DNA of 64,000 nucleotides from Nitrospirota bacterium (GTDB taxonomy: Bacteria; Nitrospirota; UBA9217), in the NCBI GenBank assembly GCA_963796285.1, contig CAWCKW010000012.1, positions 320,001-384,000 on the forward strand, in the 5' to 3' direction. The notes under the pieces were generated by a model. That model had not been told where the DNA came from, ran no database searches, and saw only the letters and a list, made by a program, of their open reading frames with translations. The position numbers were made by a program, and so were the translations under genes. Below, piece after piece: positions 32,920-44,608 of this stretch. How positions within the stretch are numbered: position 1 is the first letter of the stretch; each line of letters begins with the position of its first letter.

Positions 32920-33086
32920 GCCCTCTATCACATAAATATGTAATGTATATTTAATGTCAAAGAGGTTTATGTAATTCTTATCGCCATTACAGCAGGAAGC
33001 CATCTGAAAGGGTGGGAGACGCTGTAAGAGTCCCAGTTTATAGGATCAGGCAATGGGGCATGCGAACAATTGAGGAGGAATGCATC

Positions 33087-34445
33087 ATGAAATACAATTA
33101 TTCATCAACGCAAACGAAAGTTTTATTGTTCTTGGTTTTGCTTCTATCGTTGTTGTTTCTTAGAACATCGAGTGCCGATGCCGCCTCAATTCACTATGTT
33201 CGACCTGGCGCTTCAGGAAGTAATAATGGTAGTGACTGGACAAACGCATATACCAACCTTCCCACAACATTAACCCGTGGTGACACCTACTACATTGCCT
33301 CTGGAAATTATGGCAGTTCAATAAATGGGGTCAATACCGCACGAAGTGGCACGACTCCTATCTATATTAAAAAATGTCCTGCCTCAACTGATCTTGCTGA
33401 TGCTTGCCAAAGTGTTTCTGGTTGGAGCAACAGTTACGGAACCGGGCAGGCCTTTTTTAATAACACAACGGTAGACGGCAGCTCTCCTGGATATATTGAT
33501 ATTGACGGGATGACGAGCTATGGAATCAAGATAGACGTACCAGACGTCGCAAATGCAAATGGTATTTTTATAACGTCCAGCGTTGCTCCAGGATTCAAAC
33601 TAAAACACATAGAATTTACAGGACATGGGACAGAGGGCAATGCTTGGGGAGTTGCACTTGTTGGCGTGAGTGATTCAACGGGATTGCTGATTTCACACTG
33701 TTCTATCCATGGAATGAATACGCCAATATATTTTGCAGGGGTAAACAATGCAATTATAGAATACAACGATATGTATGATATTGTTGGCTTGAATCATCCT
33801 AATATGATGTGGATAGGCAACCCGGCACATGACCTTACTATACGATATAATAAATTTCATAATTATAGTGCTGAAGGTATTTTTTTAACTTACTGGAATG
33901 GTGGTACTTCCTCCTCCATGTATAATTTTTATATCTATGGTAATCTGTTTTATGATGGTTACTTCCCGACTGGAAGTGATTATCCACGGGGGATTGAACT
34001 TCGGGACGGCGATGGAACAGGTTATGGCACTTACGGGAATGTGCTTATCTATAATAACACCTGTGCTGATATGAACCTTGGTTGCGTCATTAACAATTCA
34101 GGCTCTAATGGAGGTGGTGTTGGCGCAACAGGAGAGATCAGAAACAATATAGGATACGGGGGAAATTCAGGGTTCAATGTAGGAAACATGACTAATAGCA
34201 ATAACACTGTTGTGAGTAGCAGTAGCCAATTTGTAAATTATGCAGCGAGAGATTTCCATCTTGCATCTGCTACTGCGGCCGGATATACGCTTTCTTCTCC
34301 CTATAATGCGGATATGGATGGGAATACAAGAGGCTCAGATGGTGTTTGGGATTTAGGGGCTTATGAGTACAAATCTGGCAGTTTTGCAGTCAGCGGAAGC
34401 GGAGTACGGGAGCCTGCTCCACCTAAAAATCTGTCAATACAATAA
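33087..34445 (+). CDS. Secreted right-handed beta-helix (pectin-lyase-like) protein with choice-of-anchor Q-like C-terminus
   Basis: GAGGAGG RBS; signal peptide ending 'ADA'; 'YVRPGASGSNNGSDWTNA'; Asn-ladder repeats; 'DFHL...DMDGNTR..WDLGAYEY'. Confidence 0.82.
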   Translation: MKYNYSSTQTKVLLFLVLLLSLLFLRTSSADAASIHYVRPGASGSNNGSDWTNAYTNLPTTLTRGDTYYIASGNYGSSINGVNTARSGTTPIYIKKCPASTDLADACQSVSGWSNSYGTGQAFFNNTTVDGSSPGYIDIDGMTSYGIKIDVPDVANANGIFITSSVAPGFKLKHIEFTGHGTEGNAWGVALVGVSDSTGLLISHCSIHGMNTPIYFAGVNNAIIEYNDMYDIVGLNHPNMMWIGNPAHDLTIRYNKFHNYSAEGIFLTYWNGGTSSSMYNFYIYGNLFYDGYFPTGSDYPRGIELRDGDGTGYGTYGNVLIYNNTCADMNLGCVINNSGSNGGGVGATGEIRNNIGYGGNSGFNVGNMTNSNNTVVSSSSQFVNYAARDFHLASATAAGYTLSSPYNADMDGNTRGSDGVWDLGAYEYKSGSFAVSGSGVREPAPPKNLSIQ

Positions 34446-34492
34446 ATACTCCTAGATACGGCTTGACAGCTCTTACGTATAGATAACGAGGC

Positions 34493-34533
34493 ATGCGCGG
34501 CTGGCTATAGCCAGCCGACGCATCTGTCTTTTT
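34493..34533 (+). terminator. Intrinsic terminator
   Basis: atgcgcggctggc-tata-gccagccgacgcat followed by ctgtcttttt. Confidence 0.7.
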
Positions 34534-34694
34534 ACATATGCCCCTCGATCGGTATCCTGTCCAGATAACATAGTATTTACACTACCGTAATTGATCATGA
34601 AAGCAATAGTCTTACCTACCTTCAGTGGCCGATAAGATGGACTGCATCGTCATAAATCCAGCAAGATTTCACAAGTGAGACGAGCAACAATAGC

Positions 34695-34905
34695 ATTTTT
34701 AAGAATTATGCCTCAAGAGACTTCCACCTTGCGGCTCGCTCCTACGGCAGCAGGCTATACTCTTGCCTGTCCATACAATGTTGACCCTGCCAATGTTGCC
34801 CGTGGATTGGATGGCACATGGGACATTGGTGCTTATGAGTATGTTTCAAAAAGCAGCGGCGCCATTGTAGCGCCTGCGGCGCCTGCAAATCTGATTATAT
34901 GGTAG
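34695..34905 (+). pseudogene. 3' relic of a paralogue of the beta-helix gene
   Basis: 'DFHL..AAGYTL..PYN.D....RG.DG.WD.GAYEY...PAAPANL' mirrors the C-terminus of 33087-34445. Confidence 0.85.
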
Positions 34906-34989
34906 AAAAGTCATTGCAATGTACAAGTTGTAAAAAAAATAATCATCTGAAAGGTGTTTGGGGAACTACTAAATGGCAAGCAGATACGA

Positions 34990-35220
34990 TATCTCAAGAT
35001 GTTCCCGTATGAGCCGGAGAGAAACACAATAGCAGCAAAGATGAAGATGCTGGAGGAAAAGGTTGTATACAAGTTTTGGCAACAAATCGTTGAGCCTGCA
35101 ATAGGAGACATAAAAGAGAACCAAGGTTTACGTGCATTTTCCCCCAGAGGAATTCAAGGGCAAAGACAGAGTTCAACCTGGCGTGTGCGGCAAGGAGTCT
35201 AAGTAAAATTTGGATATGTT
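34990..35220 (+). mobile_element. Degraded IS1182-like transposase C-terminal remnant
   Basis: 'AKMK...VY..QQIVEPAIGDIKENQGLRAFSPRG' resembles the IS1182 DDE C-terminal pattern. Confidence 0.55.
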
Positions 35221-35389
35221 TTGCAGAAGAAAAAAGGAGATGGGGATAAAACACAGTGGCAGGCTTGCCCCCAACCGCCTTTTCGCTTAGCCTATCAGTT
35301 TTGAACATCAGGGATAAGCCCGGTGACGTCCTTATAAACAGATATCTCTGCACTGTAGCCAATTGTCGGGAAACCTGCTTGCTGCGGGG

Positions 35390-36731
35390 AGGTTCAATGA
35401 CGTTACCAAGAAACTTGCCGAGGTCTTTTCCGTTGACGTCTCGAAGCAGCGTTTCGACTCGGTCCATATCTTTTCCAACATGCGCCATTTGGGCCGGATC
35501 GGCCTGTTCGTCAAGACCATCAAGAAGTTCCTCGTAAACCTCAAACGCCATCACAAAGACCTCTACGAAGCTTTGGACAAGGTCCTCTCCGACCGGTACA
35601 TGACCAAGCAGGGAGAAGCCGTCTTCTCGATGGTCAAGCCTTCGGAATCGACGAAGACACTTGCAAGCTTGGCTGAGGACGTTTTCACCCTTGTGGAACG
35701 TTTCAGGGGAAACGAGCCGGTCGTCACCATGACCAGCTATCAGTTCCTTGTCCGGCTGCTTAAGGAACAATGCATCCTGGAGCGTGTTGATACGCATACA
35801 ACCCAGGTCTCGGTCAAAGCGAACAAAGACGTACCTTCTGACTCTTTGCAGAATCCTTCCGACCCTGATGCCGGGTATAACGGCTATAAGGGCAAAGGCT
35901 ACCAGGTGCAGGTCGCCGAAAGCTACAGCACTTCCGAGGATGCCGACACCCTGAATTTGATCACCGGCGTGATCGTCGAACCTGCACACAAGCGCGATGC
36001 TCATGCCCTGATTCCGCTCATCGAAACCACCGCAGAGCTTGGCCTGAAGCCGAAGGAAGCCCTGGCCGATACCCTTTACGGCGGTGACGAGAACTGCCGG
36101 AAGGCGGAAGCTCTGGGTGTTGAAATCGTTTCGCCGGTCAAGGGCGCAGGACCCAAGGCCTCTTCCACTCACGGAATTCACCATGAACAGCGAGAACGAG
36201 GTAACCTCCTGCCCGGAGGGATGTGCGCCGGAAAACACCGAAAGCCAAGATGACAATCACATCGCGTTCTTCTCAAAGAGAACCTGTCGCGGCTGTTCCC
36301 GAAAGAAAACATGTCCGACGAAGCCCGGCAAAAAAGGACGCTCTCTCCGGTACGACGATAAAGCGATCCGTCTGGCCCGGCGGCGTGTGTACGAAGAATC
36401 TCCCGAGTTTCGGGACCGATACCGATTCCGTGCGGGAATCGAAGGGACCATGTCTCAGCTTGATCGATTGACTGGAATCAAGAACCTTCGCGTCCGGGGC
36501 ATGTCCGCAGTGAGCTTCGCTGCTTACTTAAAAGCGGCGGGGATCAACATCATCCGGGCGGCGGCGTATCCAAAACCGGGAAACCGAAGGGGAATCGGCT
36601 GTCACAGCCGTTTTCCTTGCTATCTTGTGCTGTCAAAGAGCGATTGCAGCGCGTTTCAGATGCGATCAGGTGTATTGCGAGCGACTTACTGGCGTCTTGA
36701 TATGTGTTTCGCGGCTCTTTATGCCGCGTGA
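35390..36731 (+). mobile_element. DDE transposase (IS1182/IS5-related), 5'-truncated, frameshift near 36165
   Basis: 'QRFDSVHIFSNM', 'SLQNPSDPDAGY', 'KGKGYQVQVAE', 'LADTLYG', Cys cluster 'CPEG..CRGC..CP', 'YRFRAGIEGTMS', 'LRVRG'. Confidence 0.85.
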
Positions 36732-36861
36732 CTTTCTAATGAAGATATATTCATAGATGATACTACAAGATATAAACAAAAATATAATGGTCATCTTCGA
36801 AATATCAAGAACTATGTTTATAATCAATAGTTGCCATTCTGAAGTAATGGAGTAAATAATT

Positions 36862-37737
36862 ATGGCCATCAAAGTTGTCACCAGAGTTACAAAGACGTAT
36901 TATAATTGTAAGTATCAGCGCTGTCGTTTTCTTATATGATACTCTGCAGAGACTCGTCCTATCATTGAGTGGGAGAAAGCCTGCGGCGCGGTGTGTTGTA
37001 CTATATTATCATGACATACCTCGTGAGCAAAGTAAGTGTTTTGCTCGGCAGATGAGCCTCCTCCATAAGTTTAGCCAGCCTATTTCGTGCAACGTCAGAC
37101 CTTCTTCGGGCGCAGGTAACGGCTATGTAATTATCACATTCGACGATGGTTTTATATCCTTTAAGGAGATCGCCCTCCCGAACTGGAGAAAAGAAGTATC
37201 CCGGCGACGATATTTATCCCGACACGGTTTATCGGTAATGTCCCCGGCTGGATGGCTAATTCAAGCGAAAGGCTTATGACCTGTGATGAGATCAGGGTCA
37301 TCTCAAAAAACCCATTAGTGACGATCGGATCGCATGGTGTAAGCCATCGGCCTTTCACAGGACTGATGCCGGAAGAAGTGAATCAGGAGTTCATGGAATC
37401 AAAGAGGGTCCTCGAATCGATTGTTGGACAGATGGTGACCTCGTTCAGCTTTCCTCATGGAGCCTTTGCTGAAGAACATCTACAAATTGCCCGAGAGGTT
37501 GGATATGCAACGATTTACTCCATCAAACCTGTATGCGCTTTTGAAAAGCCTGACGAGCATATTACGGGAAGAGTGAAGGTATATCCATCTGATTGGCCTT
37601 TGGAATTTGTTTTAAAAATAACAGGTTCATATCGATGGCTTCCTTATGTTTATCGCATAAAACGTTACTTCAATGCAGTGCTACAAAAGGCATCCTCAAG
37701 GTACTTTGTCGAACCAAACAAAGTCAACAAAAATTAA
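36862..37737 (+). CDS. Polysaccharide deacetylase (NodB homology), frameshifted
   Basis: 'VLYYH', 'ITFDDG', 'TIGSHGVSH', 'FSFPHG'. Confidence 0.88.
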
Positions 37738-37755
37738 GGGAACAGCATATTGGAG

Positions 37756-38812
37756 ATGCAAAAAAAATACATTCAAGAACTTGACAATGGGTATTACGCT
37801 GAAGTTGATCAAATCGACGAAAACGCCTGGTTTCAGGCATTGTCCCTTTTTCAGGATACAACAGTATATCAGACGTGGTCCTATGGCGCCGTACGATGGG
37901 GCGAAAAGCATTTAAGCCATATAGTGGTTAAAAAAAAATAACCATATTGTAGGACTTGCGCAAGTGACTGTTATAAAAATCCCTATGATAGGAGGCGGTA
38001 TCGCGTATGTTCCTTGGGGTCCCTTATGGAGAAAACGCGGCGATCAAGATGATTTTAGTAACTTTCAATACGTTATTCGTGTACTGAAGGAGGTTTACGT
38101 GAAGGAAAGGGGCCTTTCTCTAAGAATAGCTCCTAACGTCATAGATCAAACATTTAGATCTATGTTGGAAAGCGAACAGTTTATCTGGACCAAGAATAAC
38201 AATCGCACGTTATTACTCGACCTTTCCAGGTCACTTGAAGAGCTGAGAAAAGGATTAGACCAAAAATGGAGAAATCAGTTGAATCGCGCAGAACGGAATA
38301 ATCTCTCCATAGACGAAGGCAGCAGTACCATGCTATATCGAACTTTTTTAGACCTCCAAAAAGAAATGCGTTCACGTAAAGCGTTTGTTCCCGGTGTCGA
38401 TTATGAGGAATTCGGCAGAATTCAAGAGAACCTTTCTAATTCACAAAAAATGAGAATTGCCGTTTGTAAATCTAATGGTAAAGCAATCTCGGTTGTAGTT
38501 GTTTCAGCTCTGGGTGATACGGGAATTTATCTGTTAGGATCTACCGGCAATGAGGGACTCACGCTTAAAGGCTCCTATTTATTGCAATGGCGAATAATAC
38601 AATGGTTAAAAGAGATAGGGTGTCAATGGTATGATCTGGGCGGAATTGATCCAGATAGCAATCCAGGTGTATATCACTTTAAAGCCGGCTTGGGCGGGAA
38701 AGACATAAGCTTCATAGGACAATTTGAGCTGACACAACGACCATTGCATTCTTTCATTATTAAATCTGTTGAATTTGTAAAAAAGAGGATACGTGAAAAT
38801 GTACCTCAATGA
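37756..38812 (+). CDS. FemAB/FemX-like aminoacyl-transferase (GNAT fold); frameshift at the A-tract near 37930
   Basis: 'YQTWSYG', 'AYVPWGP', 'RTLLLDL..LDQKWRNQL', 'SYLLQW', 'YDLGGI..PGVYHFKAGLGG'. Confidence 0.85.
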
Positions 38813-39469
38813 AATGAAAATAAGATTTGTTAAATATTATCGAGAAAAAGGACTTGTCAATACTTGTTTACGTGTTCTCACACAACTTAGAAGATTATTT
38901 ACTAATAATAAGTATGTGATATTTTGTGTAGACCTAAACGCGATTACTCCTAATAATATCAATAAAAATAGCGGCATAATTGAGATCGAGTGCAAGAAAG
39001 TGATGACAGATTTAAAGGACCATGAGATGAAACAGCTGTTTATCACCCATGATCCAGAATAGTTATGAACCAGCTAAATGAGAGGTTTGTAAAAGGTGCA
39101 TGGTTGTGGCTAGTAAAATATAATGGAGAAACTGCCGGCTTTGTTTGGACAATTACGGGGCAGACTATTATGCCATATTTCATGCCTTTAGGAATCAGGG
39201 ATATTCATCTATTTGACAATGAGATGTTTCCCGCATACAGAGGGAAAGGAATAAACCCCGTGCTAATTAATCATGTTTTATATGAGCTTAAAAAACTATG
39301 CCTGACAAGAGCTTTTATTGAGACCCGTTTATGGAACGCTACTGAGATGAGGTCATTAGCAAAAACACACTTCAAAAAGATGGCTGTAGCAAGAAAGTAC
39401 GCCTTATTAGGGAAATCAATCACTTTGTGGTATTTCGAAGAAATAGAAAAGAACCTAAATCAAGTATAA
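38799..39469 (+). CDS. GNAT N-acetyltransferase (frameshift near 39060)
   Basis: 'GETAGFVW', 'FPAYRGKGI', 'N..EMRSL.K..F'. Confidence 0.75.
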
Positions 39470-39477
39470 AGGGAAGG

Positions 39478-40461
39478 ATGTATTTAACAAAATCGATGGT
39501 CGCATCTATTATTATTGTAAATTGGAATACCAAGGATATTTTGCTAAAATGCTTAGGTTCTATTAGCAAACAGGACAGAGCTATCTGTAAAGAAGTAATC
39601 GTTGTCGACAATGGTTCGACGGATGGTTCAGTGGACGCAATTCACACACATTTCCCGCAAACGATCGTTATTGAAAATTATGCGAATATAGGGTTTGCTC
39701 GAGCGAACAACGTTGGAATTAATAAGAGTACGGGGCGATATGTTTGTCTCGTGAATTCAGATGTGGAGCTGCTCGACGGTTGCTTGTTACGCTTGATCGA
39801 GTACATGGATGCCAATCCAGATATTGGTATTGCAGGCCCAAAAATCTATTACCCGGATCTTACTCTTCAAAATTCATGCAGAAAGTTTCCTACGTTATGG
39901 AATAATCTGAGCCCTGCTCTTGGATTTGACAAATTATTCAGAAATTCTCCGGCATTCTCCGGAGAACATATGCGTTATTTTACACACGACGTAAATATGA
40001 ATGTCGATTATCTGGCTGGATGTTTTCTTGTCGTGAGGAGAGAAGCACTTGAGGAAGTCGGTTTGTTGGACGAACAGTTTTTTATTTATCGAGAAGAGGT
40101 TGATTGGTGCAAGAGGTTCCATCAGCACGGCTGGAAAATATCTTTCTTTCCTAATGCCATGGCAATACATCATCATGGAGCTAGTTCCTCAAAGGACCCG
40201 AAGCGATTCGCGCTGGCGAGTCAAAAGGCCTTATTCCAATACTGGGAAAAACACCACAGCACCTTAAGCGTTATAACGATACGGTTGATTCTAATTCTAC
40301 GACACAGTCTCCGGCTCATTCTTAGAGCAGTTCTTTATTGCATACGCAAGACCAATCGGCGTAAACATGGTCAAAAGCTTAAGATGGATCTCGCCTATTT
40401 ATCCGAATTGATTCGGTTCCCGAAAATTCCAAGGCATTTTAGAATCGGTGGGCATGGCTGA
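39478..40461 (+). CDS. GT2 glycosyltransferase (rhamnosyltransferase-like)
   Basis: 'SIIIVNWN', 'VVDNGSTDGS', 'GFARANN', 'LVNSD', 'LDEQFFIYREEVDWC'. Confidence 0.92.
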   Translation: MYLTKSMVASIIIVNWNTKDILLKCLGSISKQDRAICKEVIVVDNGSTDGSVDAIHTHFPQTIVIENYANIGFARANNVGINKSTGRYVCLVNSDVELLDGCLLRLIEYMDANPDIGIAGPKIYYPDLTLQNSCRKFPTLWNNLSPALGFDKLFRNSPAFSGEHMRYFTHDVNMNVDYLAGCFLVVRREALEEVGLLDEQFFIYREEVDWCKRFHQHGWKISFFPNAMAIHHHGASSSKDPKRFALASQKALFQYWEKHHSTLSVITIRLILILRHSLRLILRAVLYCIRKTNRRKHGQKLKMDLAYLSELIRFPKIPRHFRIGGHG

Positions 40462-40512
40462 ACTTATGATAGATGGACGCGTTGTTTGTACGGAAGAGGC
40501 TGTGGAGAGAGT

Positions 40513-40621
40513 AATTAATACAAACGCACTGATAATTGTGACAAATTCAAAATAGTTGCTTCATTTAATCAATGCGTTAAGTAGTGTCAACGTATCAATT
40601 TATTCTGCGTTTGTATTAATT
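40513..40621. repeat. 109-bp element with perfect 16-bp terminal inverted repeats (MITE-like)
   Basis: aattaatacaaacgca (40513-40528) and tgcgtttgtattaatt (40606-40621). Confidence 0.75.
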
Positions 40622-40894
40622 GAGAAAAAAACGAAATTGTCTCTGAATCGGTAATGTCGCCTTTGATCTACGTATTGAACATTAGGAAGCTTCGCCTTCT
40701 GTCCATGGTGTCAAAACAGCTCACAGAAGCATGGGATCGGATAGCGCCTGCGCCAGGGCGAGTTTTCGCTTTTTCGATCAAGCTGAACAAAACTTAAACA
40801 ATAGCTTACCATACTTTCGGTGACCGATGACATGGAATGCATCGTTACCAACCTAACCAGACCCCACAATTATAATTTCCAAAAGATCGAATAG

Positions 40895-42151
40895 ATGAAT
40901 GCTTTTGCCATATTATTTCTGCTGATCAACTCGCTAGCGCTGCTAATGCTGCCGCGTCGATGGGCCCCTTTGCCCCTCCTGGTCGGAGCTTGTTACATGA
41001 CCCTTGGCCAGGGAATAGAGTTGGGATCGTTCCACTTCCCCCTCATCCGAATGTTGATAGCCGTCGGACTCGTGCGGGTGATTATACGAGGCGAGCGTTT
41101 GGTGGGTCGGATGAACAGCCTTGACTGGCTGATGATGGTATGGGCCGCCTGGGCGCTGATTAGCAGTCTCTTTCACAAAGATGCTTTTGGAGCGTTAGTA
41201 AGCCACCTCGGCCTTGTCTATAACGCGTGCGGCATTTATTTCCTTCTTCGCGTTTTCTGTCAGTCGCTGGACGACGTGGTAATGTTATGCCGCATCACGG
41301 CCATCCTTCTAATACCTCTATCCATCATGATACTTTTCGAAAAGATGACAGGTCATAACCTTTTTTCCGCATTAGGCGGTGTCTCGGAAATCTCTGAGAT
41401 TCGCGACGGTAGGATTCGTGCTCAAGGGCCTTTTGCTCATTCGATTACTCGCCGGGACGGTCGGTGCGGTATGCCTTCCGTTAATGATTGGCCTCTGGCA
41501 ACAACACCGGAAGATTGCGATTGCAGGCATTCTGGCATGTTTCTCAATGATTTTTGCATCCACTTCCAGTGGACCAATTATGAGCGCTGTAGCCGCTATT
41601 GGGGCATTGTTTATGTGGCGTTATCGCCACCGAATGCGGCTTGTCCGATGGCTTGCAGTCCTGGGTTATATCGGACTGGATCTGGTTATGAAGGCGCCGG
41701 CGTATTACCTTATAGCGCGCATCGATCTGACGGGCAGCAGCACCAGTTGGCACCGAGCATTCTTAATCGAGTCGGCCATAAACCACCTCTCTGAATGGTG
41801 GCTTGCGGGAACGGACTACACCCGCCACTGGATGCCCTTATGGCGTTCCCTGGAGCGAAAATCAAGCGGACATCACGAATCATTACCTGCAGCATGGGGG
41901 TAGATGGCGGGCTGCCTTTAATGTTGCTGTTCATAGCTATCCTGGCCAAGGGGTTTTCCTACGTTGGCCAAACGCTGCGGCAAATGCCCGAGTCGTCACC
42001 TCAGTCCCGGTTTATGGTCTGGGCACTTGGGGCGATGCTCTTTGCACACGCCGCCACGTTCATATCGGTCTCTTATTTTGACCAGTCATTTGTGTTCATT
42101 TACCTGACTCTTGCAGCTATCAGTTCAGTCCGGTATGCAGCACTGTCATGA
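40895..42151 (+). CDS. Wzy polymerase / O-antigen ligase family membrane protein, frameshifted
   Basis: About 10 TM segments; 'GRIRAQGPFAHSI', 'STSSGP', 'SWHRAFLI', 'DITNHY', 'SVSYFDQ'. Confidence 0.8.
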
Positions 42152-43567
42152 AAATCCTTGTAGCAATAGCAAACTTCGGAACGAAAAACGCAATGTACTT
42201 AGAAAAGTTACTTGATGAATATCGTTCCATGACAAGATTTGCGGTTGATATAGTAGTCTTTTCAAATATTCCAAAGGACCTTGGTCCAGATGTTGAAGTG
42301 ATCGTTGGACTTCCTACGAAAGACCCATGGTCGTTGCCGTTTGGTCATAAGGCGTTGTTTGCCGAGCGGATGCAGCAGTATGATCTGTTTATTTACTCGG
42401 AGGATGATACCCTTATAACCGAACGGAATATCGATGCTTTCGTCAAGATGACAAAGATACTCCCCGAGAAGTATATCGCCGGATTCCTTCGCTATGAGAT
42501 CTCGGAAACAGGAAGAAAATACTACAATGACTTTCATAATCGTTTCCATTGGGACCCTAATTCGGTTCTAACAATCGGCGAGTATATCTTCGCTTATTAC
42601 ACGAATGAACATTCAGCGTGTTTTATTCTGACCCAGGGCCAGCTGCAAAAGGCGATCAACTCGGGAGGCTTCCTTTTGCCGCCGAGAAAAGGGCGTTATG
42701 ACATGCTCGTTACCGCTGCCACAGACCCCTACACTCAATGTGGGTTGAAAAAGCTCATCTGTATATCTCATTTGAATGACTTCTGTGTCCATCATCTTCC
42801 TAATGTTTACATCGGCAAAATGGGGGTTGATGTCGAGTCTGCAGATCGGGAGATCGATAGGCTTAGATCACTATACGGAACGAACGTAGTTCGAGGACCC
42901 CTGTTCGATACAAACACGCAGCTCGAACACGATAGATGGGAAAAAAGGTACCATGAACCTTGTCGAAATGACATTCTTTCTCTGGTCCCGAAAGGCGTTA
43001 AACGGGTATTGTCAGTCGGCTGTTCATATGGATCGACTGAATCCGAACTGGTCAAGCAGGGGATTGACGTCGTTGGGATCCCTTTAGATTGCGTTATTCA
43101 GGTAAGCGCGGAGGCGCGAGGCATCAAAATGGTCCCCCCAAATTTCGAAGCGGCCATGGATGCACTGCGGGGAGAGGACTTTGATTGCATCCTATTCCCT
43201 GATGTTCTTCAACATTACCCCGATGCCACCTATTTACTGAGAGAATTTATGAAACTGCTCGGGAAGAATGGCTCCATTATTCTCAGTGTTCCGAATTTCA
43301 ACCACCTCTCGGTGGTGCGCAAGAGGATGCTTGGAAAACTTCTGCTTTCTAAGGTAAACCACAAACACTCCTTTGAGAAGTATAAGATCCATTTCACAAC
43401 TCGACATATGCATTGACTCATGGTTGGAAAGATGCGGGCTGAAGGTGATGCGGTCGTACCGCCAGGTTGATTCACACCGAGAACAGTTGAATCGTTTCAC
43501 CATGGGATTGTTGAAAGGTATCCTGTCGAGTAACGTTGTCGTTCTATGCAAGCGGACCACGGTCTAA
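42148..43567 (+). CDS. Putative glycosyltransferase-like domain fused to a class I SAM methyltransferase
   Basis: N-terminal 'YDLFIYSEDD' (DxD-like); C-terminal 'RVLSVGCSYG', 'FDCILFPDVLQH', 'ILSVPN', 'IHFT'. Frameshift near 43410. Confidence 0.7.
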
Positions 43568-43665
43568 TACAAAGATTATGTACGTATGATATTTACGAGC
43601 GTTTTACAGAGAAAAACAGCCGGATGCGCTGCTCCTGTTTCCTGCAAGCCAGGGGGTGGCAGGAA

Positions 43666-44608
43666 ATGACGGCGCTTGAGGCAAGAGTGGGTGTTGTGAT
43701 CCCTCTGTACAACAAGGGAACATTAGTGCGGAGGGCATTGAACTCGGTCCTTGGCCAGACCTATCAGAACTTCGAGGTAGTAGTCGTGGATGATGGCTCG
43801 ACCGACGAAGGACCGGATGTGGTCCGCGAATGTTCCGATCCGAGGGTCCGGTTGATACAACAGGCAAACGCAGGACCAGGGGCAGCCCGCAATCGGGGAG
43901 TTCAGGAGACGCGGGCGCCGTACCTTACTTTTCTCGATGCCGATGATGAGTGGATGCCTCGTTTTTTGGAAGTATACGTGGAGTGCTTAAGACGCAATCC
44001 GGACTGCGATGCTGTCATCGGTCCGACGCTGTTCGGACAGGAGAAGAAAGACCGATGTGCGGTGTGGCAACGGATGGGGATCAAAGAGGGTGTCTGGTCC
44101 CTCGGGACCGATCCAACCTGGGAAAGCCTGTCCAGCATGATGGACCTGTTCGCGACCGGACGCGCTATGTACCGTAGTCCGGCGGTCATTCGGTATGGAG
44201 GGTTCTACAGCAAGGACAAGTGCCGCTTCAGCGAAGACAAGTATCTATGGCTGCAGGTGGTATTGAACCACAGGGTTTTCATTCTTATGAAGTCGCTGTT
44301 CTGGTATCACTCGGAGGACTCTCAACTCTACCCGCCAAGCATGTATTGCAGGCCAGGGTTCATACCGCCTAGCGCTGACCGACCCGGATGGAATCCGCCG
44401 AAACTGTCCGTCCCAGTTCATGCCCATCCTTCAGAAGTACCTGTGTCATGAGGCCCTTCGGACATTGCATGAGAATGCATATACGCCGCAGGCCTCCCGG
44501 GTCATCGAGCTCATGGAAACTCTGCCTCTGAAAAGGTCCTTTCCGTGGCGATACGCCAAGGCCCGAGTCAAGACGTTACTCTATCAGTCCTTCGGGGTAA
44601 AGCGATGA
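43666..44608 (+). CDS. GT2 glycosyltransferase (frameshift near 44365)
   Basis: 'VVIPLYNK', 'VVDDGSTD', 'GPGAARNRG', 'FLDADDEW'. Confidence 0.88.

Noticed and set aside
34230-34905. Gene 3' end with a nearby downstream copy, suggesting a DGR variable/template repeat pair
   Set aside because: Differences are largely synonymous and not adenine-specific, and no reverse transcriptase is present; it is a paralogue relic.
34994-36256. 420-aa minus-strand ORF
   Set aside because: Antisense shadow of the + strand transposase; no recognisable motifs.
37930-37940. Poly-A tract frameshift as phase variation
   Set aside because: Indistinguishable from the many other indels in this assembly; needs read-level evidence.
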